DNA of 64,000 nt from Christensenella sp. (GTDB lineage Bacteria; Bacillota; Clostridia; Christensenellales; CAG-138). Positions 54,012 to 63,982 of the stretch are shown piece after piece (the stretch's first letter is position 1; each line of letters starts with the position of its first letter). Below the pieces are notes generated by a model. It was given only the letters and a program-made list of their open reading frames with translations. It did not search any database and was not told where the DNA came from. The position numbers and the translations under genes were made by a program. The stretch is taken from the NCBI GenBank assembly GCA_034926785.1, contig JAYFQU010000009.1, forward strand, positions 118-64,117. The letters are read 5' to 3'.

Positions 54012-56885
54012 TTAGCCAACCTTGACATAGGAGGCGTAGCAGTAGCCCTTGGTACCGTTATAGTCCACATAACACCAGCCGTTGGCGGTGCTGTAGATCG
54101 TCACGGTGACGCCGCGATCCATCGTGAGCAGAATCTTCGAGCTGGTGCTTGTGGAGGGCTGCGCGCGGAGATTGAGCCGCGCGATAACGACGCCTGTGGT
54201 TTCACTCGTCTTCACCGTCTCGGCGAGAGTGACGTATTTTGCAAATACATAGCCCTTGAGCTTGGCGGAAGGCACTTCAATTTGATACCAACTGCCCGAG
54301 GAACCCACGACTTTTACGCTCGTGTTCCGCGCGAGCTTGCCAATGCTGTTGTAGCGCGTGTCCGCACCCGTGCGCAGGTTCACGCCGGAGGCGTTGATAT
54401 AGCCCGCGCTGGAAGAGGTGCCGCTGGAACCCGAAGAGCCGGATGATGTCTGCGTAATCGAAACATACTTGGCATAGACATAGCCTTCCAACCCGGTGGA
54501 GAGCACGCGTACGCGATACCATGAGCCGATCTTTTCATAGAGCCCAAGCCGGGTGTTTTTCAGCAGCCGCCCATAGCTCCGGGTTGTCGTACTTACCCCT
54601 GCGCGAATGTTGACGCCGTCTGCGTTGATGACGCCGCCTGCGGCGTAATTAGGCGCGAGTGTTGGCGTTGGCGCCGGGGTCGGCGTTGGCTGCTGCGTCG
54701 GGGTTGCCGCAGCTGTCGGCGTTGGGGTCGCGCCCGGATTAACCGCTGTCGGTACGGGGCTTGGAGTCGCGCCCGGATCAACCGCCGTGGGAACGGCAGT
54801 TGGCGCGGGCGTTGCGCCCGCTTGGGTCGGCGCGGGTGTTGCACCGGGATTTTGCGCGGTGCTTTGGGTGATAACGACATAATCCTTGCTGATGAAGCCG
54901 TCCTGCCCCGTGGACATCGCCTTCACCTTATACCAGCCGCTTACCATGCCATAGATGCCGAGCTGCGTGTCCTGCGAGAGCTGACCCACCGCGGAATAGC
55001 TCGTGGCCGGGCCGCTGCGGTAGTTGACCGCGCTGGCGGAAACCTTGCCCTGAGCAATCAGGCCACTGCCTGTGAGCATGATGTAGTCATAGCGGATAAA
55101 GCCATTGTTTCCGCCCGGGGTAAGGACGCTATACCATTCGCCCGTCATACCGAGCAGCGTCACCTGCGTGCCCGCGGAGAGGGTTTCCAATACGCTGCCG
55201 GTTGTAGATGCCTTCGAGCGCACGTTGACCGTGCCGCCCTGCACCTTTCCGGTGGAGGTGGTCGTCTGCGCGGTCGAGGGCTGAGATGCGCCCACCGTTT
55301 CGGGGAAGACATAGCTAAGGGTGCCGAGCGTCGCGCCCGGATAGTAATAGCTCAGGATTTCGCGGTAGTTCATGCCGCTGTTTGCCATGAACTGCGCGCC
55401 GCGTTGGCTCATGCCAACGCCGTGGCCGTACCTGGCATGGTAGAGATACCATCCGCCGTTAGCCGGCGCGGCATAAAAGATCTTAAGGACGGTGGAGGGG
55501 AACAGCCCTGCGGCCACCAAATCGCTGAAGCGGAAACTGACGCTCACCGGGCTTGTTCTCTGCGTCTCAATGGCGGGCGTCGGCGACGGGGTCGGGTCAA
55601 ACGCCGGCGTAGGGGAAGGCGTTGGCGCAAAGGTCGGCGTCGGGGACGGGGATGCCGTCTCCTCCGGTGTCGGCGTTGGGGTTTCTCCCTCGGGCAAAGG
55701 GGTCAACGTGAAATCCGACGGAACCTCCGTCGGCTCCGGCGTCGGCGCAAAGGTCGGCGTCGGGCTCGGTGTTGGCGCGAAGGTCGGCGTCGGACTCGGC
55801 GTCGGCGCGAAGGTCGGCGTCGGGCTCGGAATCAGCGACTCCAGCAGGTTTGCCTGAACGGTTGCCGTGATGGCGATGGTCGTATGGTTCAGGTCGTCCG
55901 CATAGCCAGCCGTTCCGGAGGACACAACGCTGTCAATCGACTGAATGCCGCCGAAATAAAAGTTTTTCGGGATCAGTCCGCGCTCGGCGATGGCTGCCAT
56001 GAGGCGCGCATCCAAAAAGGCGAACGCCGCCGTGCCCATATCCCTTTCACTGTAGTTTGCCGGCACAAAGATCTTTTCCACCGGCGTGGAGGGATTCTGC
56101 AGATCGTAGGGATCCGCGCCATAGTTATATGCGCCGTCATAGATGGGGCTTGTCCAGCGGTCGGAGGGTAAAATCATCCAGCCGCCGTTGCTCGCCGCAT
56201 AGTAGCAGAGTAGGGGGACGTTGTTGTAGTAGAGCACGTCGCCCATGGTCTGGTCTACGGCGTTGATAACGTTTTGATAGCTGGGGTCATAGCCCTTATA
56301 AACCTGATCATCGGCGGTATCGAGAATATCATACGTTCCGCTTTGTCTGATCTTGAGCAGACCATATCCCTTTGCCGCGAGGGCCTGCGCCTTGAGCGCC
56401 TCCAGCGGGAAGGTGTTGCTCATCTCATAACCGACTACGCCGTAGAGATAATGCGACAGCGGCACGCGGTTGACGGCGACCACCGTTCCGTTGCTCGCGG
56501 AGAAGGCGAAATTGCCGAGGTAGTTGCGCGTACCGGCCGCGGTCTTGACCGTGAGATAGCCCGCGTCGCGCGAAAGGTTGACGCGCTCTATGGTTGCGCC
56601 GCTGCCGGAGTAAAGCTGCCCCTCGCTGGAGTGCTTGACCGTGACGGTACTTCCGCTGGCGGAGATGGTCAGTGTTCCGCCCGTAAAGGTTCGCTGCGTT
56701 TGGGCGAGAGTGTAGGTTCCCTTAACCGGGACGGACAACGACTGCGCCGACTGCGTGGAAAGCAGAACGCGGATAAACGACACGCCGGAATCCGCGGGTG
56801 CGGAAGAAACCGGAGCGACCAACAGAAGCAGCGCCAGCGCGAGAGCGGCGGCGATCCCTCTGCGGACCCGGAAGAATCGTATCAT
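54012..56885 (-). CDS. SpoIID/LytB-domain cell-wall protein with a Pro/Thr-rich linker and five C-terminal SH3b domains
   Basis: Signal peptide [29 protein letters not shown]. The SpoIID domain is split by a P/T linker (...[12 protein letters not shown]..., [15 protein letters not shown]). It is followed by five repeats of the GxVNVR/YRSGPxTSY...WYxV SH3_3 type. Confidence 0.8.
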   Translation of the reverse strand: MIRFFRVRRGIAAALALALLLLVAPVSSAPADSGVSFIRVLLSTQSAQSLSVPVKGTYTLAQTQRTFTGGTLTISASGSTVTVKHSSEGQLYSGSGATIERVNLSRDAGYLTVKTAAGTRNYLGNFAFSASNGTVVAVNRVPLSHYLYGVVGYEMSNTFPLEALKAQALAAKGYGLLKIRQSGTYDILDTADDQVYKGYDPSYQNVINAVDQTMGDVLYYNNVPLLCYYAASNGGWMILPSDRWTSPIYDGAYNYGADPYDLQNPSTPVEKIFVPANYSERDMGTAAFAFLDARLMAAIAERGLIPKNFYFGGIQSIDSVVSSGTAGYADDLNHTTIAITATVQANLLESLIPSPTPTFAPTPSPTPTFAPTPSPTPTFAPTPEPTEVPSDFTLTPLPEGETPTPTPEETASPSPTPTFAPTPSPTPAFDPTPSPTPAIETQRTSPVSVSFRFSDLVAAGLFPSTVLKIFYAAPANGGWYLYHARYGHGVGMSQRGAQFMANSGMNYREILSYYYPGATLGTLSYVFPETVGASQPSTAQTTTSTGKVQGGTVNVRSKASTTGSVLETLSAGTQVTLLGMTGEWYSVLTPGGNNGFIRYDYIMLTGSGLIAQGKVSASAVNYRSGPATSYSAVGQLSQDTQLGIYGMVSGWYKVKAMSTGQDGFISKDYVVITQSTAQNPGATPAPTQAGATPAPTAVPTAVDPGATPSPVPTAVNPGATPTPTAAATPTQQPTPTPAPTPTLAPNYAAGGVINADGVNIRAGVSTTTRSYGRLLKNTRLGLYEKIGSWYRVRVLSTGLEGYVYAKYVSITQTSSGSSGSSGTSSSAGYINASGVNLRTGADTRYNSIGKLARNTSVKVVGSSGSWYQIEVPSAKLKGYVFAKYVTLAETVKTSETTGVVIARLNLRAQPSTSTSSKILLTMDRGVTVTIYSTANGWCYVDYNGTKGYCYASYVKVG
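55570..55830 (-). repeat. In-frame 33-nt tandem repeats encoding the [11 protein letters not shown] linker
   Basis: The translated linker reads [35 protein letters not shown], plus a second PT block. The DNA shows aggtcggcgtcgg... units with 33-nt periodicity. Confidence 0.6.
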
Positions 56886-57112
56886 GATTGCCCCCCGAAC
56901 ATGAATTTTTAACAACGGGCATGTAACAACATGCCGTGATGTGATTGTATCGAATCTGATGCAGCAATTGCATCTGTTTTTCTGATTTTTCTTAGTTTGT
57001 TCACTTTAGTGAAACAGGTCTTATACACCGGCGCCGCTACCTGCTGGATTTCCCATCGTTATCCTTTGGCGGGGGAAACACATCGACAGGGAACGCGGCG
57101 CGTAACCCAGGG

Positions 57113-57934
57113 TTAAATACTCTTGCAAACCTGTGCAAACGGGAGATTCGCAAAGGCGGGCAGCGCGGCCGTTGCCGCCTCCTGGTTCGCGAACACGCCG
57201 AATACGGCGCTCCCGCTGCCGCTCATGCAGGCGGCCTTTGCACCCGCCGCCAGCAGGCGCTGCTTGATTTGCCCGATTTCGGGCACCAGTTCGATGGCCG
57301 GTTCCTCCAGCGCGTTGAACAGCAGCGGACAGAGCGCGTCCAGATCGCCCAGAGACAGCGCCTTGAGCGCAGCCGCCGTTTCCGGCATCCTGCGCGGAAG
57401 TTTTAAGAGCGAGAAGAGCTTTTTTGTCGAAACACCTTCGGCAGGCTTTGCAACGATGAGGTGCAGATCCATGCCGCGCACGGGCGTGAGAATCTCGCCG
57501 ATGCCCTCGGCGCGCTGTGTGCCGCCGCGTAGGCAGAAGGGAACGTCCGCGCCGACCTTCGCGCTGATCTCAAGCAGGGTTCGCTCGTCCAGCTCGTCAT
57601 AGAGCTGCTGCAGGCCGCGAAACGCCGCCGCCGCGTCCGCGCTGCCGCCGCCGAGCCCCGCCTCCGCTGGGATGCGTTTGGTCACGCGGATCTGCGCCCC
57701 GCGCCCGGTGAGCGCACGGTATTGTTCCGCAGCGCGGCGGATGGTGTTGTCATAAGGCAGCGCCATGCCTGTGCTGGTGACCACGATATCCCGCGCGCGC
57801 TCTACGGTAACGGTATCGTGCAGGTCGATGGTCTGCATGATGGAGTCAAGCGCGTGGTAGCCGTCCATGCGCTGATAGAGCACACCGAGGGTGAGGTTGA
57901 GCTTTGCGTATGCGCGTTGCGTCGTTCGTTCCAT
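57113..57934 (-). CDS. ispE: 4-(cytidine 5'-diphospho)-2-C-methyl-D-erythritol kinase
   Basis: GHMP kinase. It has the N-terminal AYAKLNLTLGV motif and the phosphate loop IPAEAGLGGGSADAAA. Confidence 0.85.
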   Translation of the reverse strand: MERTTQRAYAKLNLTLGVLYQRMDGYHALDSIMQTIDLHDTVTVERARDIVVTSTGMALPYDNTIRRAAEQYRALTGRGAQIRVTKRIPAEAGLGGGSADAAAAFRGLQQLYDELDERTLLEISAKVGADVPFCLRGGTQRAEGIGEILTPVRGMDLHLIVAKPAEGVSTKKLFSLLKLPRRMPETAAALKALSLGDLDALCPLLFNALEEPAIELVPEIGQIKQRLLAAGAKAACMSGSGSAVFGVFANQEAATAALPAFANLPFAQVCKSI

Positions 57935-58066
57935 GCTTTAGAGTATACCAAAAACGGCAGTCTTCCGCCAGAGCGTACCATGGCGGCTGCGCGGGTTTGT
58001 CACTGTCGCATTGTTTCGCCTTGTGGTATACTAGATGTTGTTTGATTTTAAAGGAGCCTACCCGAT

Positions 58067-58849
58067 ATGCTGTTTTCACCGTTGTGCAGCGGTTCTTCCG
58101 GCAACACGTCTTACCTCGAGGCAGGCGGCGTGCGCCTGATTGTTGACGCGGGCGTAACCGCCAAGCGCCTGCGTGAGCTTATGGCGATGATCGACGTATC
58201 CCCGGAGGGGATGGATGCGATTCTGGTGACCCATGAGCACTCCGACCATGTCAGCGGAATCGGCGTGCTGTCGCGCAAATACGACATCCCCGTCTATGCC
58301 GCCGCCGAGTGCTGGGAGCATATGCCTGCCGGCATCGGCGAGATTGCCGCGAAGAACATCCGCGTCTTCGAGCCAGATCGGGATTTTTACCTCAAGCAAC
58401 TCTGCGTGCATCCGTTCTCTACGCCGCACGATGCGGCGCATGCGGTTGGCTATAGCTTTGTGCATGAAGGGAAGAAGCTCTCGATCATGACCGATATCGG
58501 CCATGTTTCCAGCCGCATGATCGACGCGGTCGCCAACTCCGACCTGATTTTGCTGGAGGCCAATCACGATGTGGACATGCTCAAGGCGGGCAGCTACCCT
58601 TATTCACTTAAGATGCGTATTCTCTCCTCCCATGGGCACCTTTGCAATGAGGACGCCGGGCTCGTGCTGCAAAAGCTGCATGACCGCGGCGTACGCAACG
58701 CGATCCTGGGGCATCTTTCGCAGGATAACAACACCCCGGAGCTCGCGCTGGTCACCGTGCAGTCTATGCTGGAGCAGGCGGGTCTGCTCGAAAGCATGTT
58801 TGTCACCGTCGCGAGCCGCTATGAGCCCTGCGGATTATTTGAGTTATAG
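58067..58849 (+). CDS. MBL-fold metallo-hydrolase (YycJ/WalJ-like)
   Basis: It has LCSGSSGN...LIVDAG and the metal motif VTHEHSDHVSG. 260 aa. Confidence 0.75.
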   Translation: MLFSPLCSGSSGNTSYLEAGGVRLIVDAGVTAKRLRELMAMIDVSPEGMDAILVTHEHSDHVSGIGVLSRKYDIPVYAAAECWEHMPAGIGEIAAKNIRVFEPDRDFYLKQLCVHPFSTPHDAAHAVGYSFVHEGKKLSIMTDIGHVSSRMIDAVANSDLILLEANHDVDMLKAGSYPYSLKMRILSSHGHLCNEDAGLVLQKLHDRGVRNAILGHLSQDNNTPELALVTVQSMLEQAGLLESMFVTVASRYEPCGLFEL

Positions 58850-58891
58850 TGCTTTGAAGATCTATCAATTTGCCCGCGTCGTCACAATCTT

Positions 58892-59371
58892 ATGAAAATC
58901 AAGATCGCTTGCGTGGGAAAACTGAAGGACGGATTTTTTCGCGAGGCTGCTGCGGAATACGCAAAGCGGCTTTCGCGCTTTTGCGCGTTGGAAATCTGCG
59001 AGGTTGCGGACGAAAAAGCGCCGGAGACGCTCTCCGCCGCGGAGGAGGCGCAGGTGGTCGCGAAGGAAGGCGAGCGATTGCTGGGGCGTATCGCGCCGGG
59101 CGAATTCGTCGTCTGCCTTGCTATCGGCGGAAAACGGCTCAACTCGGAGCAGTTTGCGGAGCTGCTCCAATCCGTCTTCGACCGGCAGGCTCCCACCATT
59201 ACGCTCGTCATCGGCGGCTCGCTGGGGCTCAGCCCCGCCGTGCTCGCCCGCGCGGACTATCAACTCTCCGTCTCGGACATGACGCTGCCGCACGGGCTCT
59301 GCCGCGTGGTGCTGCTTGAACAGGTCTACCGCGCGTTTAAGATCAACGCGCATGAGCCGTATCATAAGTAA
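58892..59371 (+). CDS. rlmH: 23S rRNA (pseudouridine1915-N3)-methyltransferase RlmH
   Basis: 159-aa SPOUT fold. It has MKIKIACVGKLKD..., IGGSLGLS and the C-terminal LLEQVYRAFKI...PYHK. Confidence 0.85.
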   Translation: MKIKIACVGKLKDGFFREAAAEYAKRLSRFCALEICEVADEKAPETLSAAEEAQVVAKEGERLLGRIAPGEFVVCLAIGGKRLNSEQFAELLQSVFDRQAPTITLVIGGSLGLSPAVLARADYQLSVSDMTLPHGLCRVVLLEQVYRAFKINAHEPYHK

Positions 59372-59438
59372 CCCACATTCCTTAACACAGCAGAGCCGCG
59401 TTCTAACATCATAATTAAAAGTATTACAGTTATAATGT

Positions 59439-59467
59439 TTGACAAAGCCGTTCTTGCAATATATAGT
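59439..59467 (+). promoter_or_regulatory. Sigma-A type promoter of the riboswitch-dapB unit
   Basis: TTGACA, a 17-nt spacer, then TATAGT. Confidence 0.55.
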
Positions 59468-59473
59468 GGGAAT

Positions 59474-59697
59474 ACAACCAAATAGCTGAATCCTTCGCGT
59501 TGCGGCGCGGGGGAGCGGGAGAACCAATTTATTGGGGTGAATCCGGTGGGCACCATCGGTAGGACAGCTTTTCGTCCGAACCCGTCAGCTAATCTCGTAA
59601 GCGTAGAAAGCAGAGTTTTTCAACGTCTATTTCGCATCTGAAAAACCGATGATGTCCTTTTTGCGCTTGCAGTCTCTGCGGGCGCATGTTTTTTTGC
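59474..59697 (+). promoter_or_regulatory. ydaO-type (c-di-AMP) riboswitch with a terminator expression platform
   Basis: Pseudo-symmetric conserved blocks are present: GAAUCC...GCGGGGGAGC...ACCAA...GGGGUGAAUCC...CCGAACCCGUCAGCUAAUCUCGUAAGCGU. They match the ydaO motif as I recall it from B. subtilis. An 11-bp terminator follows (tgcgcttgcag tct ctgcgggcgca, 59662-59686) plus a T-run. Confidence 0.78.
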
Positions 59698-59777
59698 CGG
59701 ATCCAAACCAGGATCGCAATCGTCCCTCGCGCCTGCCGGAACATATACACATTCGTCTCAAGAAAGGAGCGTTGCAT

Positions 59778-60566
59778 ATGATAAGAGCAGCCGTCTGCGG
59801 CGTTGGCCGCACGGGGAGCGAGGTGCTCCGCGCCATACAGGACAGCGATCGTTTCTTACTTACCGCCGCGTTTTGCCGTCCCGGCAGCGAAAAGGCCGGG
59901 AAGGATGTCGGCGATCTATTGGGCAAACAAAGAACCGGCGTTCTCATTCGGGACGCTGCGCAATTGGAGCAAACCATGCGGGACACCCCAACCGACGTTG
60001 TGATCGATTTTTCCAACCCGGCCGCGTCCCGCTCGCTTCTGCGCGCTTGCAAGGGGCACCGCACCAACATCGTGTTTTGCACGACGGGCTATAGCGAGGC
60101 GGATATCCTCTGGATGAAGGACTTTGCGCAGCATCACAAGATCGGCGTGGTGTTTGCGCCGAATGTGACGCTGGGGATCAATGTTTTGCTTGCGGCGCTG
60201 CGCCTTGTCGCACATGCGCTGCCGTCGTTTGACTACCAGATAACCGAGACGCACCACAACAAGAAATACGACATCCCGTCCGGCACGGCAAAAAAGCTCG
60301 CCGCCGCGATTGGCGAAGAGCTGCCCAAGGGCGCCGAGGTGCCGATTCTCTCCATCCGCGCGGGCGGATATGTCGGGCTGCACACCGTCATGCTCGCAAG
60401 CGACTATGAGCGGATTTCGCTGACCCATGAGTCGTTCAGCCGCCGCGCGTTTGTCGAGGGCGCGCTGGTTGCGGCGGAGTTCATCTACGGCCGGACGGGC
60501 TGGTATGAAATGGAGGATGTGCTTGGCATGCGCGCGGTGCAGAAGGCCGCGGCCTATGTCGGCTGA
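59778..60566 (+). CDS. dapB: 4-hydroxy-tetrahydrodipicolinate reductase family protein
   Basis: The N-terminal Rossmann motif is AAVCGVGRTGSEV. The DapB catalytic signature is ETHHNKKYDIPSGTAKKLA, followed by the SIRAGGYVGLHTVM region. The start was moved to ATG 59778 after AAAGGAG. Confidence 0.8.
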   Translation: MIRAAVCGVGRTGSEVLRAIQDSDRFLLTAAFCRPGSEKAGKDVGDLLGKQRTGVLIRDAAQLEQTMRDTPTDVVIDFSNPAASRSLLRACKGHRTNIVFCTTGYSEADILWMKDFAQHHKIGVVFAPNVTLGINVLLAALRLVAHALPSFDYQITETHHNKKYDIPSGTAKKLAAAIGEELPKGAEVPILSIRAGGYVGLHTVMLASDYERISLTHESFSRRAFVEGALVAAEFIYGRTGWYEMEDVLGMRAVQKAAAYVG

Positions 60567-60615
60567 TACGAAAAAAGGGCCGTGATAGCCCTTCGTTCAT
60601 CGACTATGACAATCT

Positions 60616-61455
60616 TTAAAACTCTTCGTACACAGCGGGATCTTGATCGTGCAAGCGGCCATCCGCTCTGGCAAGCAGGTTTATTTGCTCTTCGTCCGCC
60701 GCATCCAGCGCAAAGTCGAATACGGACAGGTTTTGCAGCAGGTGGGATTCCCCCGTGCTTTTCGGGATGGGGAGGGCGCCCAGCTGGATATGCCAGCGCA
60801 GCACAATCTGCGACGGGGTTTTATCATACTTCTTTGCAAGTTCGACAATTTTATTATTTTGCAGCAGGTCGGACCCCCGTCCCAGCGGGCTCCAGGACTC
60901 TGTTTGGATTTTGTTTTTTTTGTGATACTCCCGCAACTCCGCCTGGTTGAAATAGGGATGCAGTTCGATTTGATTCACCTCCGGGAGTTCGCCGGTTTCG
61001 GCCCACAGCCGCTCCAAATGCTCCGGCAGAAAATTGCACACGCCCGCCACGCGGACAAGGCCGCGCTTTTTGGCCTCCAGTATTGCCTGCCATGCTTCCA
61101 CATAGAGATCGACACGCGGATTTGGCCAATGGATCAGATACATGTCATAATAGGACAGCCCCGCGCGGAACAGGGATTCCTCAATTGTTTGAATCGCCAG
61201 ATTGTATGCGTGGTGCCGTCCCGGGAGTTTGGATGTTACCAGCAGTTCTTCGCGGGGGATGCCGCTGCTGCGGATCGCCGCGCCGAGAGTGCCTTCGTTT
61301 TCATAGTTAAACGCGCTGTCAAGCAGCCGATAGCCCAGCCGGATGCCATTGGCGATCGCGTTTGCGCCCGCCTGTCCTTTGAGCGAATAGGTGCCCAGCC
61401 CGATGTGCGGAAGTGTGATTCCGCTGCGCAGCGTCAATTCCGGAATGGATTGCAT
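60616..61455 (-). CDS. Aldo/keto reductase (2,5-diketo-D-gluconate reductase-like)
   Basis: It has LGLGTY, LLDSAFNYENE, LVTSKLP and LIHWP, with the C-terminal IPKS. 279 aa. Confidence 0.85.
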   Translation of the reverse strand: MQSIPELTLRSGITLPHIGLGTYSLKGQAGANAIANGIRLGYRLLDSAFNYENEGTLGAAIRSSGIPREELLVTSKLPGRHHAYNLAIQTIEESLFRAGLSYYDMYLIHWPNPRVDLYVEAWQAILEAKKRGLVRVAGVCNFLPEHLERLWAETGELPEVNQIELHPYFNQAELREYHKKNKIQTESWSPLGRGSDLLQNNKIVELAKKYDKTPSQIVLRWHIQLGALPIPKSTGESHLLQNLSVFDFALDAADEEQINLLARADGRLHDQDPAVYEEF

Positions 61456-61640
61456 GTTGTTGCCTCGCTATTCTGATCTCTTGGTTTGATCTACAACTTT
61501 GCCTTTGATTTTGACTCGACGATCCGACCGGTATCATGCCAGATAAGGCCGCCGCCCAATCATACCCTGCGCTCATTATATCGGAAATCGGTTGGGGTGT
61601 ATAGGGCAATATGCCGGATGCCGGCAGCGGGATGTATGGG

Positions 61641-61697
61641 CAGCAAACAGTTGGCAACAAACAGTTGAAAACAAGCAGTGTCAACAAACAGTCGCAA
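61641..61697 (+). repeat. Four to five degenerate tandem copies of a 13-14-nt unit (consensus about CAACAAACAGTYG) abutting the thrS promoter -35
   Basis: The sequence reads cagcaaacagttgg caacaaacagttga aaacaagcagtgt caacaaacagtcg caattgaca. The last unit overlaps TTGACA. Confidence 0.55.
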
Positions 61698-61726
61698 TTG
61701 ACAAGGCGATTGCACGGGCGTATACT
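61698..61726 (+). promoter_or_regulatory. Sigma-A type promoter of the thrS leader
   Basis: TTGACA, a 17-nt spacer, then TATACT. Confidence 0.6.
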
Positions 61727-61732
61727 TAAAGC

Positions 61733-61982
61733 TACTTTCGGAGAGACCCGGGAAGCAGTAACGCATCAGAAAGAGCGCATCCACCCCCAGAGAGCCGCGC
61801 AGAGGCTGCAAGCGCGGCGATGGATGACAGCGTGAAGACCACCCGGCGACCGAACAGCGGACGCCGCCCGATACAGCGGAGCAAAGCGCGCGTATGCAGC
61901 GGCATGCGCGAACACGGGTGGAACCGCGGTAGAGCGTCTATCGTCCCGAAGCCAAACAACAGGCTTCGGGGCGTTTTATTTT
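61733..61982 (+). promoter_or_regulatory. T-box leader, specifier ACC (Thr), with an intrinsic terminator
   Basis: The specifier-loop 5' side has AGUAA and the AGAGA box is present. The 3' loop reads GAAG-ACC-A (ACC = 61838-61840). The T-box sequence is ACGGGUGGAACCGCGG (61913-61929). The terminator is cccgaagcc aaacaaca ggcttcggg followed by a T-run. Confidence 0.88.
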
Positions 61983-62032
61983 GGCAAAAAAGCCAGACGA
62001 TCGTGCGGCAGAGAAACAGGAGGAGAAAAAAC

Positions 62033-63982
62033 ATGAAGATTACATTTCCGGACGGGAATCAGCGCGAGTTTGCGGACGGCCTGACAGGGCTTGAAATCGC
62101 GAACGAAATCAGCCCGGGTCTTGCGCGGGCAACGCTTTCCTGCTCCATCGACGGCGCGCATAGCGACGCCTTCCGCCCGATCACGGGCGACCATAACCTT
62201 ACCTTCTACACATTTAAGGACGAGAACGGCCGCTGGGCCTATCGCCACACCGCGAGCCATGTCCTCGCGCAGGCGGTCAAGCGTCTCTGGCCGGAGACCA
62301 AGCTCGCCATCGGCCCCGCGATTGAGAACGGGTTCTATTACGATTTTGACACGCCGGAGACCTTCTCGCCGGAGGATCTCGTCAAGATCGAGGCCGAGAT
62401 GGCGAAGATTGAGAAGGAAGACCAGAAGATAGAGCGCTTTGAGCTGCCGCGTGAAGAGGCGATTGCCTACATGGACAAGCTCGGCGAACCGTATAAGGTA
62501 GAGCTCATTCGCGATCTGCCGGCGGACGCTATCATCAGCTTCTATCGTCAGGGAGACTTTGTTGATCTCTGCGCCGGCCCTCACGTCAAGAGCACGGGCG
62601 TGGTAAAGAACATCAAGCTTCTCAACGTTGCGGGCGCTTACTGGCGCGGCAGTGAAAAGAACAAGATGCTCCAGCGCATCTATGGTACGGCTTTCGAGAA
62701 GAAGGCCGACCTGGATGCCTATGTTACCGCGCTGGAAGAGGCGAAGAAGCGGGACCACAATAAGCTCGGCCGCGAGCTGGAGCTCTTCACCACCGTGGAT
62801 ATTATCGGCCAGGGCCTGCCGATCCTGCTGCCGAAGGGCGCGCGCGTGATCCAACTGCTGCAGCGGTTTGTTGAGGACGAGGAGCAGAAGCGCGGCTATA
62901 TGCTCACCAAGACGCCGTTTATGGCCAAGCGTGAGCTGTATAAGATCTCCGGCCACTGGGATCACTACCGCGACGGCATGTTCATCATGAGCGATTCGCC
63001 GGACGTGGAGGACGAAAACGCGGAGGTATTCGCTCTGCGCCCGATGACCTGCCCGTTCCAGTTTATGGCATATCTCAACCGTTCGCGTTCCTATCGTGAC
63101 CTGCCGCTGCGGTATAACGAGACGAGCACGCTCTTTCGCAATGAGAGCAGCGGCGAGATGCATGGCCTGATCCGCCTGAGGCAGTTCACCATCTCGGAAG
63201 GACACCTTGCCTGCCGGCCGGATCAGGTGGCGGAGGAGTTCAAGGGCTGCCTCGATCTCGCGAAGTTCATGATCGACACCCTGGGCTTTACGGATGACGT
63301 GAGCTATCGCTTCAGCAAATGGGACGAGAACGACAAGGATAAATACATTGGCGACAAAGAGGATTGGGAATGCACGCAGAATATGATGCGTGTGATCCTT
63401 AACGACCTTAATGTTCCGTTCCATGAGGCGGATGGCGAGGCTGCCTTCTACGGGCCGAAGCTGGATATCCAGATTCGCAACGTCTACGGCAAGGAGGATA
63501 CGCTGATCACGATCCAGATCGACTTCCAGCTTGCCGAACGCTTTGGCATGCAGTATATGGATAGCGACGGGTTAAAGAAGTATCCGGTCGTCATCCATCG
63601 TACATCAATTGGCTGCTACGAGCGCACGCTCGCGCTGCTGATTGAGAAATACGCGGGCGCACTGCCCACCTGGATTGCGCCGGTACAGGTGAAAGTACTG
63701 CCGATTACGGATCGCACGGCGGAGGCTTCCGTTGAGATTCAGAAATCGCTGGAGCAGTATGGCATCCGCGTAGAGACCGACCTGAGAAGCGAAAAGATCG
63801 GCTTTAAGATTCGCGAAGCGCAGATGCAGAAGATTCCGTATATGCTCGTCATCGGCGACAAGGAGGTTGAGCAGGGGCTGGTTGCGGTTCGTTCCCGCAA
63901 GGAGGGCGACCTCGGCACCATGACCCTTGCGGATTTCCGCGCAAAGCTCCTCGAAGAAATCGCAACCAAGGCGAAGAACTAA
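62033..63982 (+). CDS. thrS: Threonine--tRNA ligase
   Basis: 649 aa with the N-terminal TGS domain (MKITFPDG...), the editing domain (HTASHVLAQAVK), the class II core (RDHNKLGRELELF, FRNESSGEMHGLIRLRQFT) and the anticodon-binding domain. The start was moved to ATG 62033 after AGGAGGAG. Confidence 0.92.
   Translation: MKITFPDGNQREFADGLTGLEIANEISPGLARATLSCSIDGAHSDAFRPITGDHNLTFYTFKDENGRWAYRHTASHVLAQAVKRLWPETKLAIGPAIENGFYYDFDTPETFSPEDLVKIEAEMAKIEKEDQKIERFELPREEAIAYMDKLGEPYKVELIRDLPADAIISFYRQGDFVDLCAGPHVKSTGVVKNIKLLNVAGAYWRGSEKNKMLQRIYGTAFEKKADLDAYVTALEEAKKRDHNKLGRELELFTTVDIIGQGLPILLPKGARVIQLLQRFVEDEEQKRGYMLTKTPFMAKRELYKISGHWDHYRDGMFIMSDSPDVEDENAEVFALRPMTCPFQFMAYLNRSRSYRDLPLRYNETSTLFRNESSGEMHGLIRLRQFTISEGHLACRPDQVAEEFKGCLDLAKFMIDTLGFTDDVSYRFSKWDENDKDKYIGDKEDWECTQNMMRVILNDLNVPFHEADGEAAFYGPKLDIQIRNVYGKEDTLITIQIDFQLAERFGMQYMDSDGLKKYPVVIHRTSIGCYERTLALLIEKYAGALPTWIAPVQVKVLPITDRTAEASVEIQKSLEQYGIRVETDLRSEKIGFKIREAQMQKIPYMLVIGDKEVEQGLVAVRSRKEGDLGTMTLADFRAKLLEEIATKAKN

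Noticed and set aside
55570-55830. Periodic short repeats, checked as a possible CRISPR array. The 50795-51075 repeats were checked for the same reason.
   Set aside because: The repeats are contiguous with no unique spacers. They have 33-nt and 111-nt periods, both multiples of 3. They lie in frame inside well-supported genes, where they encode PT-linker and K/G/Y/P repeats. No cas genes are present.
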